A stretch of DNA of 64,000 bases from Chiloscyllium plagiosum. Lineage: Eukaryota. The stretch covers positions 72,534,583-72,598,582 of the forward strand of contig NC_057719.1 of assembly GCF_004010195.1 (NCBI RefSeq), given 5' to 3'. The notes under the pieces were generated by a model. The model was given only the letters and a program-made list of their open reading frames with translations. It did no database searches and was not told the DNA's origin. A program made the position numbers and the translations under genes. Positions 35,653 to 49,730 of the stretch are shown here, one piece after another; the stretch's first letter is position 1, and each line of letters starts with the position of its first letter.

Positions 35653-38600
35653 GGGGGTTCCAAGGTGGCGGCGATCTAAGAAGATCACGTTGCAGAGCTC
35701 CGCAGGAGCAGGACGAATTTTTAACCCGCCACACCCAGACCACTGTGATAGCCTAAGACTCTGGAAACGTCGTGGAGTCCCAGGAAACTGTTAACAGTAA
35801 GCTTATCTTGGTTTTTGCCATTCAAGGATGCCGAAGAAGGGAGGAGGAGCGTCAGAAGCTGGGCCCCGGCCCAGCCTGCAGGATCCTTGGGTTCGATTTC
35901 TCACCAGGTCCTGGTGAAGGAGCTTGTGAAATCTCGCAAGATGTTGGGTAAGCAGATAGAGGAGAAACTGGTCTCGATGTCCATCATGCTGCAGAAGCAT
36001 GAACAGTAGCTGGGAGACCTGGAGAAAAGGATGGATGGGGTACAACACAGAGTCTCAAAGGTGGAAGCTGAGACCAGTCCCTCCAAGGATACGATGTAGG
36101 CCTGTAATTTGCTTGACCAAGTTGATGATCTTGAGAACAGGGGCAGAAGAAAATATATTCATATCGTCGGTCTACCGGAGGGTAAGGAAGGTGAGTGGCC
36201 AGCAGAATTTGTTGAGGACTGGTTGCTGAAATTCCTTAACTTGGAGGCTGGAATGAGAGGCTTGAAGATTGAGGGGGCCACCGGGTCACAACACGGAGGT
36301 CAGGTCTAGATCAATGTCCTGGTCCTATCTTGGTGTGGTTTCATCATTATAGAGATAAGGAGGAATTGTGGAAGCTTCCAGAATCTGGGGAAGGATCCGA
36401 AGGCCCTAGTTTACAAGGGCTCTAAGATATGTTCTTCCAGAACTTCTCAGCAGCGGTGATCCAGCAAAGAAAATCCCATGACGGCGTCAAGGAAAGACCG
36501 AGGGAGCTTGGGATTCAGTACTCTCCGAGGTATCCGGTGGTGCTTCGATTCACCTTAGATGGATCTGTACATCTCTTTGACATGTTGGAGAAGGCAAAAG
36601 ACTTTGTGGACAAATTAACTTCATCTGAACAATTTAGTATGTACAAATAGTAGCGTTGTTTGGGTATGTCTCTGTTTTTTCTTTTAAAAAAAATGCAAGT
36701 CCGGTCAGGGGTTTCTTTTCCTATCTTTTTTATTGGTAATAATCTGGTTCAAACTATGTTTGGTGACGGTTGAGATGTGTACTTTCAATTTTTAAGTTAT
36801 ACCAAAGGATGGGTGGGGTACTTACCCTCTTTTTAAAAATTTCTTTATTCACATTGTTATTCCATGGTGTATTTTCTTTGTTTGCTGCTTGTGTTTGCAG
36901 TGCGGCTATAGCTAGGAGGGGGGAAAATAGTTGGGATGGCTAGATGCCTACTTACAGGCAGTTTACGCTCAGTTCAAGTATTTAAATGCCCAGGCCGCAG
37001 AATTGGCAGCGGGATGGGAAGTTGGGTTTTGGGATGTGCAGTTGCCCCCTTTGGACAGGGGGATGAGTTCCCCTATTCAGCGCCATTGGCGCTTTATATG
37101 TTGGTTTGTTTGTTGTATATAATCTTTGATAGCTTTGTAGATTTGTTAACTGTAGTGGTTTTAGTTTATGCAGTTTTTACGTTCGATGGATCTTGCTACA
37201 CTAAGGCTCGTCAATTTGTGGTTCGAGTTCCTCCTCTGGAATCTAAATGTTACTGCAGAAGGTTATGGCTAAGGACTTGATTAAATGGTGTACCTGGAAC
37301 ATCAAGGGGAATCACTCACCGATTAAGAGGAAAAAGGTACTTTCGAGTCTTAGAAAGGAAAATGTGGATATTGCTTTGTTACAGGAGACACACTTGGATG
37401 ATAGTGAGCATTTGAAACTACAGCAGAATGGCTTTGATCGCGTTTACTTTTCATCTTTTAATAACAGAAGTAGGGGAGTGGCTATATTGGTTAGGAGGAA
37501 TCTCCCATTTAAGTTACTAGAGTGTGGTAAAGTCAGACACAGGAGATTTGTAATTCTCAAAGTCCTAATAAACAGGACATATGGTGTTTTAAATGTTTAT
37601 TGCTCTCTGGCCCATCCCCTCAAATTTCTGGTAGATGCTTTCTCTAAAGTGATGAATCTCAAGTTCTGGCATATCATTTATAGGGGAAATTTTAATTGTC
37701 TCATGGATCCCACAGTAGTCTAGTTGCCCAAAGCGCTCCACCCCACCCCCGATACCCTTTGTAACAAACTGAACAATTAGTGGACCTGTGTGTGGAGTTA
37801 GGGTTGGTGGATGTCAGGAGGCGCCTCCGCCCTACAGGCAGGGACTTTATGTTTTTTTCCAATCCACACAGATGTCACACCAGGATTGATTTTTTTTCTG
37901 ACCCCCGTGGCAACCCTGGACTTGGTGGCATCTTGTACAATCAGTAATATTACCATTTCTGATCACGCTCCAATGTACCTGTTGGTTAAGATGAAGGATG
38001 TTACAGAGGGCTCGAGGCACTGGCGAATGGATCTCTTTATCGTCAACGATAATACGTTTGTGGAGTATTTCTCATGGGAATTTAGGACGTTCCTAGGCAT
38101 TAACTCAGACTTGGTTAGTAGCCAGTCCGTCCTTTTTGGAAACTGCCAAATCCTATGCCGGGGGTTAGTTATTTCCTCCTCTGCCAGTAGGAAGCGGCAG
38201 AAGGACGAATAGCAACGTCTTGTCAAAGCACAGTTGAAAGAAGCGAAAAGGCTTACTTTGACAGGCCCTTGTTGGTCAAGCTACAGAGGATTATGGTGCT
38301 GTGGTCTGTATTGAATTCCGTGCTCTTGCAGACAACAAAGATGGAGCTTACTTTCGCAGAGGTTATACAAACATGGTGACAAGCTAGGCAAGTACCTAGC
38401 ATATCTCATCAGGAAAACGAGTGTCCCTCAAACCATTACGTTGATTAGAGAAGGGTCTGGGAAACTAACACGTGATTCCAAAAAGATTAATGTGGCATTC
38501 CAGAGATCTTACTTTAAGTTATACCAATCTGAGGGTTGTGAGGAAGGGCGGGCCAAGATGGAGTCCTTTTTCAAGGACCTGGAACTCTTGGGCATGATTC

Positions 38601-40569
38601 ACAAACAAGAGTCTTTTCTCAATGCCTCCTTTTCAGAGAAAGAGGTGTAGGAGGCTGTGAAGAAACTTCAGAGTAGAAAGGCGCCCAGTCTTGATAGACT
38701 TCCCAGTCGAGACTGTATTGCTGGAAAAGCACAGCAGTCAGGCAGCATCCAAGGAGCAGGAGAATCGACTTTTCGGACCGGAGCCCTTCATCACGAATGA
38801 GGCTGGGAGCCTCAGGGGTGGAGAGATATCTCCAACATCTGCAGAACTTACTTTCTCCTTGATGGATTTCCCAGCCAATTCTTTAAGGAATTTTTAAACA
38901 TATTGTCAGGCCCGATGCTCAACATGTTCAATGACTCGTACAGTCATGATCATTCCCCACCACCTCTAAGAGAGGCCAACATTTCGCTTATTCTTATAAA
39001 AGGAAAGGTGCTTCTTACAGGCCCATTTCACTCTTAAAATGTGGACTTCAAAATCCTCTCCTGCGTTAATGCTGGAGACTGTGTCAACTCAGCTCACTTT
39101 TATCTTACGTGAGTGACTGGGCTTGTGCGGAATCTTTTTTAATATGGTTAGATATCAAAACCTCTCAGGCAGGGTGTCCCCTTACTAACTTGCTGTTTTT
39201 GGACAAAATGAGGACAGTTAGGGAATATTGCCATAACCCAATAGTTATGAATACTGTTAAAGCATGGAGGGCAATTGAGCAGAGGGAAGGCAATATTGGC
39301 AAAACATCTTCTCGTACACCTATTGTTGCTATGCCAGGTTTTCAACTGGGGATGATAGATTCAGGATTCAAACATTGGGCAGCTAAAGGTGTGTCTTGCA
39401 TGGGCAATTTATTTGAGGGAGACACAATGATGTCCTTTGATCAGTTAGCACGGAAATATGAACCATCTAACAGGGACCTCATTTGTTTTTTTCAAGTTAG
39501 GGATTTTATTCAAAAAAAGACAATGCTTTTGACTGATCCCTCCAATCTGACATAGAGAGAAGGGTGCTCAGTGCTAAGAGTACACTTTCTGTCAGCACTT
39601 TGTATCATCAATTGGGGGGCACCCCCTCAGGTGAGTTCGATCAACTCTGCAGGGTGTAGGAGAAAGAGCTATGCGTTGAAGTCTCCTCAGAGGCATGGGA
39701 AGATATTTGGGAAAATGCAAGAAAGATATCAATTTACAATAGGACCCATGCTTTCTCCACAGGGTTCACTTGGCTCCAGATTGTTTGTCAAAATTTAAAC
39801 CAGGGATATCTTCAACATGTCCCAAACACAAGGCTGGTACGGGCACTCTTACCCATTGTCTCTAGTCCTGTGGTGGGCTTCAAACATACTGGAGCGCTGT
39901 GGCAGGTGCAATGGAGGGGATTTTGGGTGTAAGGGTGGAGAAGGACCCAATCGCTCTCCTTCTTGGCCTGCCCAGTGTATTCCCTGTAGATACACATAAG
40001 ACAAAAACTTTTCAACATTCTCACTTTCTGCGCAAGAAAAAATATTGTTAGGTTGGGTGTCCGAAAATCCCCCGGGTTTGTCGCGTTGGCAGCAGATTGA
40101 TATGGAGCATATCCCCTTGGAGTTTCTCACAAGCATGGTACACCATAAGACTGAGAATTTCTATAAGACATGATGACACTTTCTGGAATACCTGGACACA
40201 GATTTGTCTGCCACAGTAATAAGAGCTTTTATATAGCCGTAACAATTGTGCTTTACGAGTCCAACATCCAGAAAGGGGGAACTGCGAACGTATGCATATA
40301 TGAAAACTAATGTTCATGATATTAGAGAGTGAGTGTTTTGTTTGGCTGAGCTGCGTTATTATTATTTATTAGTTTGTTGTTGGTTATTATTTATTTAGTT
40401 AAGTAGTTATTTGGAGCTTTTTTATATATATACTTTTCTATGCATATTTATACTTCGTACATGAAGGCCGTTTGTTTTTTTTTTACTTTTTTTGGTGTTC
40501 TTTCTTTGTATTGCTTTGCATTTGTTTTAATATTTAAAAAATATTTTTCAATAAAAATATATTTTTGAA
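35653..40569 (+). mobile_element. L1-clade LINE with both ends present, pseudogenised and with the RT core deleted; antisense to STRN3
   Basis: TSD aagaaagcatttg at 35638-35650 and 40570-40582; 5' GGGGGTTCCAAGGTGGCGG. ORF1 remnant DDLENRGRRKYIHIVGLPE. ORF2 APE motifs TWNIKG, LQETHL, GNFN, SDH; YRPISLL..VDFKIL at about 39015; CPKHK...THCL*SC knuckle at about 39818; AATAAA 40550-40555. Confidence 0.9.
38707..38857. mobile_element. Family A Penelope-like insertion inside L1 ORF2
   Basis: 17-bp TSD cttgat(a/g)ga(c/t)ttcccag at 38690-38706 and 38858-38874; the minus-strand hammerhead has C3 mutated to G. Confidence 0.8.
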
Positions 40570-41590
40570 AAGAAAGCATTTGGTAAGGTTCCATACAAAA
40601 GATTAATAAAACTGAGTGTGGACTGAATTGAAAGTAACCTTGGAATGGTCTGACAGTTTTGTTGGGTGGTAGGAGACAAAGTACTTGTTGTCCTGATTGG
40701 CATGATTGTTAAGTGCTGCTACCTAGAAATCTGTACTGGGCTCTCAGTTTTTAAACATACTACTAAGTCAATAAATAGGAGTGTTTTACATATCCAGGTT
40801 TGTGGGTGACAAAGTTACGCAAATTGACTTAACTTAGGGGCAAAATTATGATGGACTAAATTCAGCTTGCTATGCAAGATTGTCATTATGGATCCAAGAA
40901 AGACAAATCAGAATAAATTCCTTTAAAGGGAAGTTGAGGATCAGGGATGGAGTCAAATAGTTTAAGTGTCTATGCCTGTGAATTATTTAAAACCAACGCA
41001 CAGATAGAAAAAGTGATAAAGGAAAATGGCGCGGTTTTAACCTTAAGGCTAGTTAGAATTCCAAATTGAAGTTTATTTCAGTTGTTCATAGCCTTGCTAA
41101 TAAAATATTTGCAGTATTGAATACCAAGCCTTAATATAATTAAATTTGCTTGGAAGGGATACAATGAAAGTTTACCAGGGGGTTGCAGTATGATGGCAGA
41201 TTACAAAAAAATTAGTCCTATTCCAATGAACTTAATTGATTTTGGGGTGATCTAATTCAGATTTTTACAATGAGTAAATAACTCAATAGAGTGGTGGAGG
41301 TAACTTAATAGATAAGACATAATCTTATCATTCGAGTAAAGCAATTTAGGAGTGAAATTAGGAAGGGCATTTAATACTTTCCTCTAATGGTAGTGAAAAA
41401 TCTAGAATACTCGCCTGCAAATTTTAAGTCAATTCAAAACTTTCAGGATTGAAGTTAATGTAACTTTGTTAGGTAGGGGCATCAAAGGATAAAGCACAAA
41501 GTTGGGGAAATAAAGTTGAGGTACAGATGAGCAAAGAGCACAAATGACTTAAGGACTGGATGACTCTCCTCTTCTTCTGCAGTTCTGTGT
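40570..41590 (+). mobile_element. Old CR1 fragment split by the L1; the left part is at about 35450-35650
   Basis: KAFGKVPYKRL immediately after the L1 TSD; degenerate CR1 motifs downstream. Confidence 0.6.
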
Positions 41591-42279
41591 ATTAACTCCA
41601 CCAGAATTTTCAATACCTCACACTATTGAGTTCATCCTAAGCAGAATAAACTCTCAGATATTTCTAGATGAGGAGTCAAATAACTGTGTAAGGCAGGAAC
41701 TAATCACAACTAATGAATTTATTAAGCCCATGTGTAACAATAAAACTTTAACACTGAACACCAAGACCTGCATCCACCAAATGTTCCACTGACCATACTG
41801 TTATATGGCAGCAAGGTGTACAACAGTATAAGAAATAAAGTCTTTTCAGACACCGTATTCTAAGTATGGAAACAAATGGAAGACAAAGTTCCTTCCTCAA
41901 AGTAACTCAGTTAGCTAAACCATCAAGCTTTAAACTATTCTGAAACTCTCTCCAGTAGGTTGGTCATCTTTACCAGATGGACTGTGGCAATATTTCAAAG
42001 GAACTTTATTTTAATATATGGATAACTTGCAGGTACATCTAGGCTTTTGGTTTGTGAAGGTTCAGGTTTTAAAACCTCTGCAAGAGCTTAACACTGCTAA
42101 CAACTGGCCAAAATGGACTGCATATGGCTGCAAATAGACTCAAAAGAGTAAGCAGCAAAGTGTATTTAAGTTTCACTCAAGAATCACTCTCTCAAAATGT
42201 TGAAATGTGGCAAAATAACTGAACTGCATTGATGCTTATACTACTGTCTTTTGAGATGGTAGGATTTTTTATGCATCCA

Positions 42280-43030
42280 TAGGATGAGGACATTGCTGAC
42301 TAAGCCAACATTTATTGCCCACCTCTAGTTCGCCAGAGTGGAGACAAGCTTTCTTCTTGAACTGCTAGAGTTCTTGAAGTGTAGGAATCACCACAGTGCT
42401 GTTAGGAAGGGAGCTCCAGGATTTTGACTAAACAACAATCAAGGAACAGTGAAATATTTCCAAGTCAAGATGTTGCACGGCTTGGACGGAACTTAGAGGT
42501 TATAACAGCCCCATGCATCTACTGCTTTTGACCTTCTGGGTGGTATTGTCTTGGGTCTGGAGGTGCTGTCAAAAGAGATCTGTTGAGTTACTGCAGCACA
42601 TCTTTTAGATGATACACAGGCTGCCACTGTGTGTCAGTAGGAAGGGTGCGAATGTTGAAGTTGGTGGATCAACTTCGTCCTGGACAATGCTGATTTTGTC
42701 AAGACCTGTTGGAACTTTACCCACCCACGCATTTGCAGAGTGGTCTATCACACTCCTAACTTGTGCCTTATCTTATGGAAAGACTTTGGGTGACAGGAGG
42801 CAAGCTATGTGCTGAAGTTGTAGCTTCTGCCCAGTTCTTATAGTCACAGAAGGCTAGTCCAGCTCAGTTTCTGATCAGTGGTAATCCCCAGGGCATTGCT
42901 GATGGGGATATTCAGTGATGGTAATGCCATTAAGGGACAAGAGTTAGATGGTTATTGCTTGGCATTAGTGTATGGCATTAATGTTACTTGCTTGGACAGC
43001 CCAAGCCCGGAAGTGATCCAGCAGTAACTG
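42280..43030 (-). mobile_element. CR1/L2-group LINE 3' fragment (same family as 19500-22245)
   Basis: Starts with the reverse-complemented tail caacatttattgcccac; related copies at about 50140-51350 (-), 54690-55700 (+) and 60480-60910 (+). Confidence 0.6.
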
Positions 43031-43089
43031 GGTAGGAAAGATTTGTATTTTTTGAAGGCGGGGTGGGGGGGGGAACACTTACCCAGACT

Positions 43090-43640
43090 TGGAAACATAC
43101 AAAACAGGAGTAGGCCTGTTCTGTCAATCAATATGATTCACAGCTGATCACCTAACTCACGACTCTTGTTCCAATTTCTGCCAGATATACTTTGATTCCT
43201 TTAGACCCATGAACCAGATCTAACTCCTCCTTAAAAACATTCAATCTCTTGGCCTCAACTGTTTCTATGGCAGAGAAAGAGAAATCCACAGGCTCACCAC
43301 TCTCTACATGAAGAAATTTCTCTTCATATCAGTCACAAATGGCCCATCCTATATCTATAAACGGTGACATCTGGTTCTGTACTTCCCAGGCACTGGGAAC
43401 ATCTTTCCTGCCTTTACCTTGTCTAGTTCTTTTAGGATTTTGTTTTGGTTCTCCCCCTGTATTGTTCTAAACTCCAGTGAATATAGTCCTAACTGATTCA
43501 CCCTGCCATCCCAGGAATCAGTCTGGTAAACCACTATTGCACTCACTCCATAGTCAGAACATTCTTCCTCAGGTAAGGAGACAAAACTGCACATGATACT
43601 CCAGATGTTGTTTCACCAACTCCCTGTACAATTGCAATTT
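43090..43640 (-). mobile_element. CR1 3' fragment
   Basis: QLGLYSLEF..RTRCH motifs in ORF 43355..43594; acaggagtaggcc tail. Confidence 0.75.
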
Positions 43641-45942
43641 TCCAAATTGCCCATGTTGTACTGGAATAGATTGGGTAGAAGCATAGCTGGTTCAAGTGCA
43701 AATAAATGTAATCAAAATGGCAATCACAACCACCTTATGCACTAGGTTTGATTCAAATCAGTGGAACACCATCTAAGTGGTCTTGGCAGAATGCAAACTG
43801 AAATCAGTCAAGACTTTCACAGGTTACTGTCCATAACACTGTATAACTTTGTTTAACGTAACTGCAATTGTATTTCTTTGGCAGTCTAGAACCTTAAAGA
43901 CTACACTCCGCTTCACAAATATGATCAATAAGCCAATGACAGATTCCTAATGAAACAGCATTCTTTGAAATTAACTCAGCATAATGCAACTACAGAAATG
44001 AAATTTTACTTCCTGGATCATACAGTCTTGATTATAATGTCTTCCAAATATTTTGTGAACTACAAAACAACATTATTACAGCAAAAGTAAAAGAAACAAT
44101 TCAAGAATTGGCTCACAGTAGCTAATTCTTCTGACAGTCAGTTGAATTTTGTAATCTTCCCATAGCACAGTGTAAAATCTAGCATGAGAATTACACAAAG
44201 TAATACTGGCACATAAGCTGTTGTCATTACATTCTAATAAACTCAGCTACATAATTTTAGTTTTAATTGAGCAGATCTCTCAGAATATCGTGACCATTCT
44301 TTTCTTTCAGCATTCATAGACCATATTGTTGAGAATTTCTTACTTTCTCAAACTTTGCATGAGTAATCAAAGCTAACAGGATTTTCTTAAATGCTTAAGG
44401 AGTGCAAGTCAGAATGCAGAGTCGCAACCAAACCATTTGTAAAAATTGGCAAGCTTGTGTTTTTGGTAAAATAAAATTAATTCAGTTAGTTAATCAGAAG
44501 GATTACAATGGACAATACATTGGGCCAATGCTGCATTATTTGACTGTGGTTAACCAACTCTGATAAGCAGTGCAGAGGAAACAAGTAAATAAACTGACTC
44601 TGCCAATGTTCCCTCAAGCATGGTTATGAAAATATGTATTTTTTTTTTAATCCTGCACTCACAACACAACTTAAAGTTTGAATCTTGGGTCATGTACAAA
44701 TGTAGAGCTACGGAAACAATATGTTGACATTGCAAGATATTTATTTTCAGGTGTGGCAGGAGTTCAACGCTAGGTGCATGTGGGTGCAGCTTTCTTACTG
44801 ATGACTATAAACAATATAAATAGCTTTCCAGCACTACTTGTACTGTCAATTGTCAGATCACTTCACTGGGAAATGGAGAAGAGGCATCAATATAGGTAGT
44901 GCCATTTAAAAGTAGCCTGCATGACTTAAAGGAGGGGCACAGTTTAGCTTCAGAAAACTATGATAAAAGTTATGATCAATGATGAATTTGCAAATCATCC
45001 TCATTTTTCTAACAGTGTGTTAGAGAGATTGGTGAAGGAGATTGCCAGAAGTAATAAAACAATAATTCTGAGCAGACTGCAATATATCAAATGCAGATGT
45101 AGGTCAGTGTCATTTTTTAGACCTTAACTGTATTGCTGGAAGGTGATGAATAGAGGATATATGATTTCTAATATCTTTCATTACACTCTACCTGGATTTC
45201 CATTATATGTTGCCCCTGTGATCTTCTTATTCCCCCAATTCATCACTCTCTACTCCTAGTGATACTGTCCTCACTCTTTATCTCCTCATACCTTTACCAC
45301 AGTTGACGCACCAGAAACATCGCTCTACCTTAACAAACATCCCCTCAAACCTCACTCTACTGACAAATCCAATCTACTTACAGGCAATGTTCATACACAA
45401 CAAGAGCAAGCAAACCATCTGCATTACAAAGCCAACGTTCGTCCGTGCACTGAGTCTACATGAATGACTAGTGAGATGCATTGCAAACAGAGATGCATCA
45501 GGAATGTTGAATCTACTGAGCTGGAAGACAGGTCCTGCAGGATTTTAAACCACCTTCCCATTGCACTTAAATCTCTCATTTTCACATTATGATTGATACT
45601 ATGCTGCTACTTTCTGAAGCTGTCCAGATGCTTCTGCTAATCCATGTCATTAAAGAGTACCTTTGTTCCTTTCTTGACACCAGCTCATAGACTTGCACTG
45701 TGCATTGCTCAGAAGGTTTCATTCTAAATTTGTTCACAGGATGAGTGTGCCTCTGACAAGACCAGCATTTGTTGCCAATCACTAATTAGCCTCAAGGTGG
45801 TGAGCCAACCTCCTCCTCGGTACACCCACAGTGCTGTTAGCACATAGCACATGTGCAGTATGCACATAGACGCGCATACAAGCAACAACTACTCGGAGGT
45901 TGCTGTCATTAAAGTGCTGTCTTAAGTGCCATCAGTCAATAC

Positions 45943-46594
45943 TGTCATGCTGTGGCTTTCAAGAGGTTACTTTGTCCAGGTTTTTTTATTGAAGAGAGGT
46001 TGTAAGGCAGAGTGACAAGACATATGTAAGAAAATAACCAATTTGAGGTACCTTGGGGATTTCTGAAGTAAAGTTGGAACAGTGGAAGCAGCATGGGTGT
46101 GGCCAGCTCTCCCAGACCAGGCTTTCTAATTTTTGTTTAGGTTTTTAGATTTAGTTTACATTTTAGATTTAGAAGCCTTTGGGGTCTCAAAAGAGTTGGA
46201 AGCTTCAGTGAAACTCCCCGAGCTGCTATTTTATTTGAATTTTCTTTTGATATTTTTTCCTCCTGGATTGGAGAACTGCATGTGAGAATCTGTGTCTGGG
46301 TTTGCCTTTTTGCCGAGGGGTACGTTTCTGGGATGTTACATATTGGTTAATTAGTAATAGGCACTGTATATATTATCCAGTTAAGTTTTCCAATAGTTAA
46401 GTTATTCTAAATTGCTCTTTCTTTTGTTTACATTTTAATTATAGTGTTTAAATAAATTGTGTTTTGCTTAACATCAAATAGTTTGATCAGTCACATGGCA
46501 TCTGGAAGATGGCACTTCACATCTACTTTTAAAATAAGTACTTAGGGTCTAGGCTAACTTCTTAAAATATTTTGAGGGGGCCTGGTCCATAACA
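45943..46594 (+). mobile_element. Probable solo LTR (different family)
   Basis: TGTCATG...CATAACA termini, internal AATAAA at about 46451, degenerate 4-bp flanks atac/atgt. Confidence 0.55.
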
Positions 46595-46829
46595 ATGTTC
46601 AGCTGTTGCTACTCAAAAACCAGCTAGTAGAAACACAAACAGGTAACCAAATACAGCGAGGAGCTGAATTAAAACCAATTTATAAATAGGCATTAGCTAT
46701 GTCATCACTTGTCAAATTATGCAGGGCCTTTTGGAGCAGTGCAGCTTTTATTTTCAGTTTTGTTTTACTTTAGCTATTCATCTTTTTAAGTTTAGCTACA
46801 CAATAAGAAAATGTGAAATTATTCTAAGA

Positions 46830-47240
46830 CAAAAATAAAATACTGCAGAAAATCTGAGATAAGAACAAAAAAATTGGACTCTCTTTTTATGGGATACGTG
46901 AAACATCCATTATTCCAGTCTGACTCAGGCTCTGTCCCTCATCTCTTTTTCTGGTATCTTGAGGATTACATCACCTACTCTTGCCAAGAACTGAAAAATT
47001 TAGGTGACTTTGTTTCCAGTTTCCATCATTCTCCCACCTTCAGTTAGCCCATCTGACTCTTTCCTTCCCTGCCCTGATTTCACTGGCACAAGCTGAGAAT
47101 ATTTTATTGATGATCACGACAAACCTAGAGTCCTATAGTTATTTCTTAATGCATTCACTTTTGTAAATACTTTAGCCTGTTCACCATTTTCTCTAACACA
47201 TCTGTTTTAGTGGTGTTACATTTCACACATACATAAAAAA
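46830..47240 (+). mobile_element. Penelope-like reverse transcriptase remnant
   Basis: Degenerate ELKNL-DFVSSFHHS-TF...SDS-LP..D...KP..S-SY run resembling the Penelope/Neptune RT C-terminal part. Confidence 0.5.
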
Positions 47241-48291
47241 TGCATTTGACCAAGCCCTTGAATAGTAAGAAAATCAAGGGCAGTGGAAAGATAATTCAGG
47301 AGAATTTCTTTTGAATTTTCTTACTAGTCTGGACTGGCAGCCCCAACACTGCTGGCATTGTGGAATAGTGCTCTCTGAATTATTTTTCAGTGTGACCCCA
47401 TTTTAACACTTCGTAATTAATTAAAATGCAGATGCCAGAAAAACCAAAACTGCAATAAAGCAGGACAGCAACATTTAGCACATGAATCTTAAAGTTTGCA
47501 TATACAATCAACATAATTATACTCCATGCAAAGAAAATCTGTATTTTTGAAGTATTTTGTGAAAATGTTACTTTATGTATTCATGCAATTTTCTGCTAAG
47601 CTCTCCATATTCTCTGGTGACAGATAACTCAGTGAAGCCCATCCCCACATACAGAGTATTCATTCCATTCCCTATCACCATAGACATATTTTCCCAGTTG
47701 CTCTGCACTCTTCCATACAATCAGCTCATCTTCCCAAACCCCCTCAGACATTCCAGCCTTTTTTTTCAACCAACCAGTCTCCATTCCCACACATTCACCA
47801 GCCCTTGTTCTTCTGGTCTAGTTGACGGTGCCTCTCAAGCACAGGATAAGTGGCTTGTGGAACATGTAGACAAGAGATGGCATGTAGAGAAGTCTGGAGC
47901 CACCTATCATGATCCTGCCTCAACCACAAGTTAGCTTTTTGTTCCACACCTTGGACACAGTCAGGACCCAACTCGGACCACATTCATTTTTGGCCCAGTC
48001 AGTTAAATTACAGTTAAAAACATTTTCGACGTTGAAGAGATCTTTGTTCCACTGTTTAATGCAACTGATACAGTGGGTCCAAGGGTACCCAGTCAGTACC
48101 TCTGAACAGGGCTGTCTCCTTTCCACAGACACCATTGCTGCTGAGAGGACAGGGACCCCCTGACCCCAAATAAGATTTTTGAGTCCGACATTTGAAAACC
48201 ATTATTGAGAAGCGTGCAACAAGGAGAGGTGCTGGGAATATACTGAAGGATCCCACCCGAGCTGACAAACAGTGGATCCATTGTATTAGGG

Positions 48292-48461
48292 GAGAAAGTG
48301 AGGTCTGCAGATGCTGGAGATCAAAGTTGAAACTTTATTGCTGGAACAGCACAGCAGGTCAGGCAGCATCCTGAAGAAGGGCCTGTGCCCGAAACGTCGA
48401 ATCTCCTGTTCCCTGGATGCTGCCTGACCTGCTGTGCTGTTCCAGCAATAAAGTTTCAACA
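48292..48461 (-). mobile_element. Young family A Penelope-like fold-back insertion, same subfamily as 12298-12513
   Basis: Perfect 16-bp TSD atccattgtattaggg at 48276-48291 and 48462-48477; tail on the left; arms identical to the 12.3-kb copy. Confidence 0.9.
48369..48400 (+). ncRNA. Minimal type-I hammerhead motif (stem I shortened to 2 bp by the inversion junction)
   Basis: UC-CUGAAGA-A-GGGC(cugu)GCCC-GAAA-CG-UC^GA; predicted cleavage after 48398. Confidence 0.65.
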
Positions 48462-49730
48462 ATCCATTGTATTAGGGTGATAATGGTTCACTCAAATCAA
48501 AATCCTTGTTCCTGCATGCTTCTCATTATATTGATGCTTAGAATCTTGCCTGAATTCTTACAAAGTAGTTAACAGCACTGATGACGAGAATACTCCCATC
48601 GCCAGAAGATAGCTTGCCAAATGGATGGAACAGAGCATTATTGAGGATTGAGATTCTTAAAATCATCATGACTACATCATAAAAATGTCAGATTTACAAG
48701 AGGCACTGCCTGTTGACACAAATTAAACTTTTAGCAAATGCCAAGTCCATGTTGAAACATTGCTGACACATGATGGAAAGCACAGAAACCTATATACAGG
48801 ATATTCAACACCTATGGAAATTAGGAATGCAAGCAAATCCTAATGCCTTACTTCTGCTTGTCATTAAGATGGTAATGGGCTGCTGAAAATCACAAACAGC
48901 ACATCGCTCACCTGCAGGACAGAGTGTACAGCAAATGGGTAATGTCATGCGAAGCAGTTTAAAAGGACTCACAATAATACAAGTTTAGAATCATATGGAC
49001 CTTCATTAAGCTCCAATTCCCACTTTGGCAGCACAGGCAAGAACTTGTCTCCCAATAACTTTGCACATTACTCCTCAGGTTCCGTTATGATATTTGGTTC
49101 TTGAAGTTTCCTTTGCCATCTTCCTACAGTTAGTGTGGATCTTTTGCTACTGCTCTGCTCCTTCCCCTGATACAGCAGCCTTAAGTGGAAAGCCCTGTAG
49201 CATTTTCACATTCATCAATTAACAAACAAATCCTCTGAATAAGTTCTTGCTCTCCATATATTCACACTGCAAGTCTCTCACAGACAAATGCTTCTCAGAA
49301 ACCTGGTCTTAAAGAGCACAGCAAAGCTAAAAGAACAGGCTACCCAGTCACTTAACTAAATAGAGGTGAAAATGTAAAAAAAAATTGTTCCAGTGCAAGT
49401 TGCTTCCTCTTAAAATTGATGGGCAAGTTAATAAACGCATGTTTTAAGCATGCCAAGGCATTAATTTCATGAAAGGGTCCTGGTGCACACACTGTACCCT
49501 TATTAGCACAGTTAACTGATGCCTGTGTCTTGTTTCAGGCAACCATCAGGGATGGATATCAAGCACCAAATACCAATATGGTGTTGTGCAAATACAGAAT
49601 GTAAGTCCAGTACAGAAAATCATGCTGCTTTTCTTTGTGGCATATAATTGGACCTGGAACTTGTGCACTAATTAATTTCGACCCTGTCATAAATGCAACG
49701 GTATAAAAGCAACTTTAAAAAAAAACATAC

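Larger units (their letters stand above)
47800..49300 (-). mobile_element. Heavily decayed Tx1/L1-clade LINE remnant
   Basis: Frameshifted GVRG/PCPLSS (GVRQGCPLSP-like) at about 48140-48175; boundaries uncertain. Confidence 0.35.
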
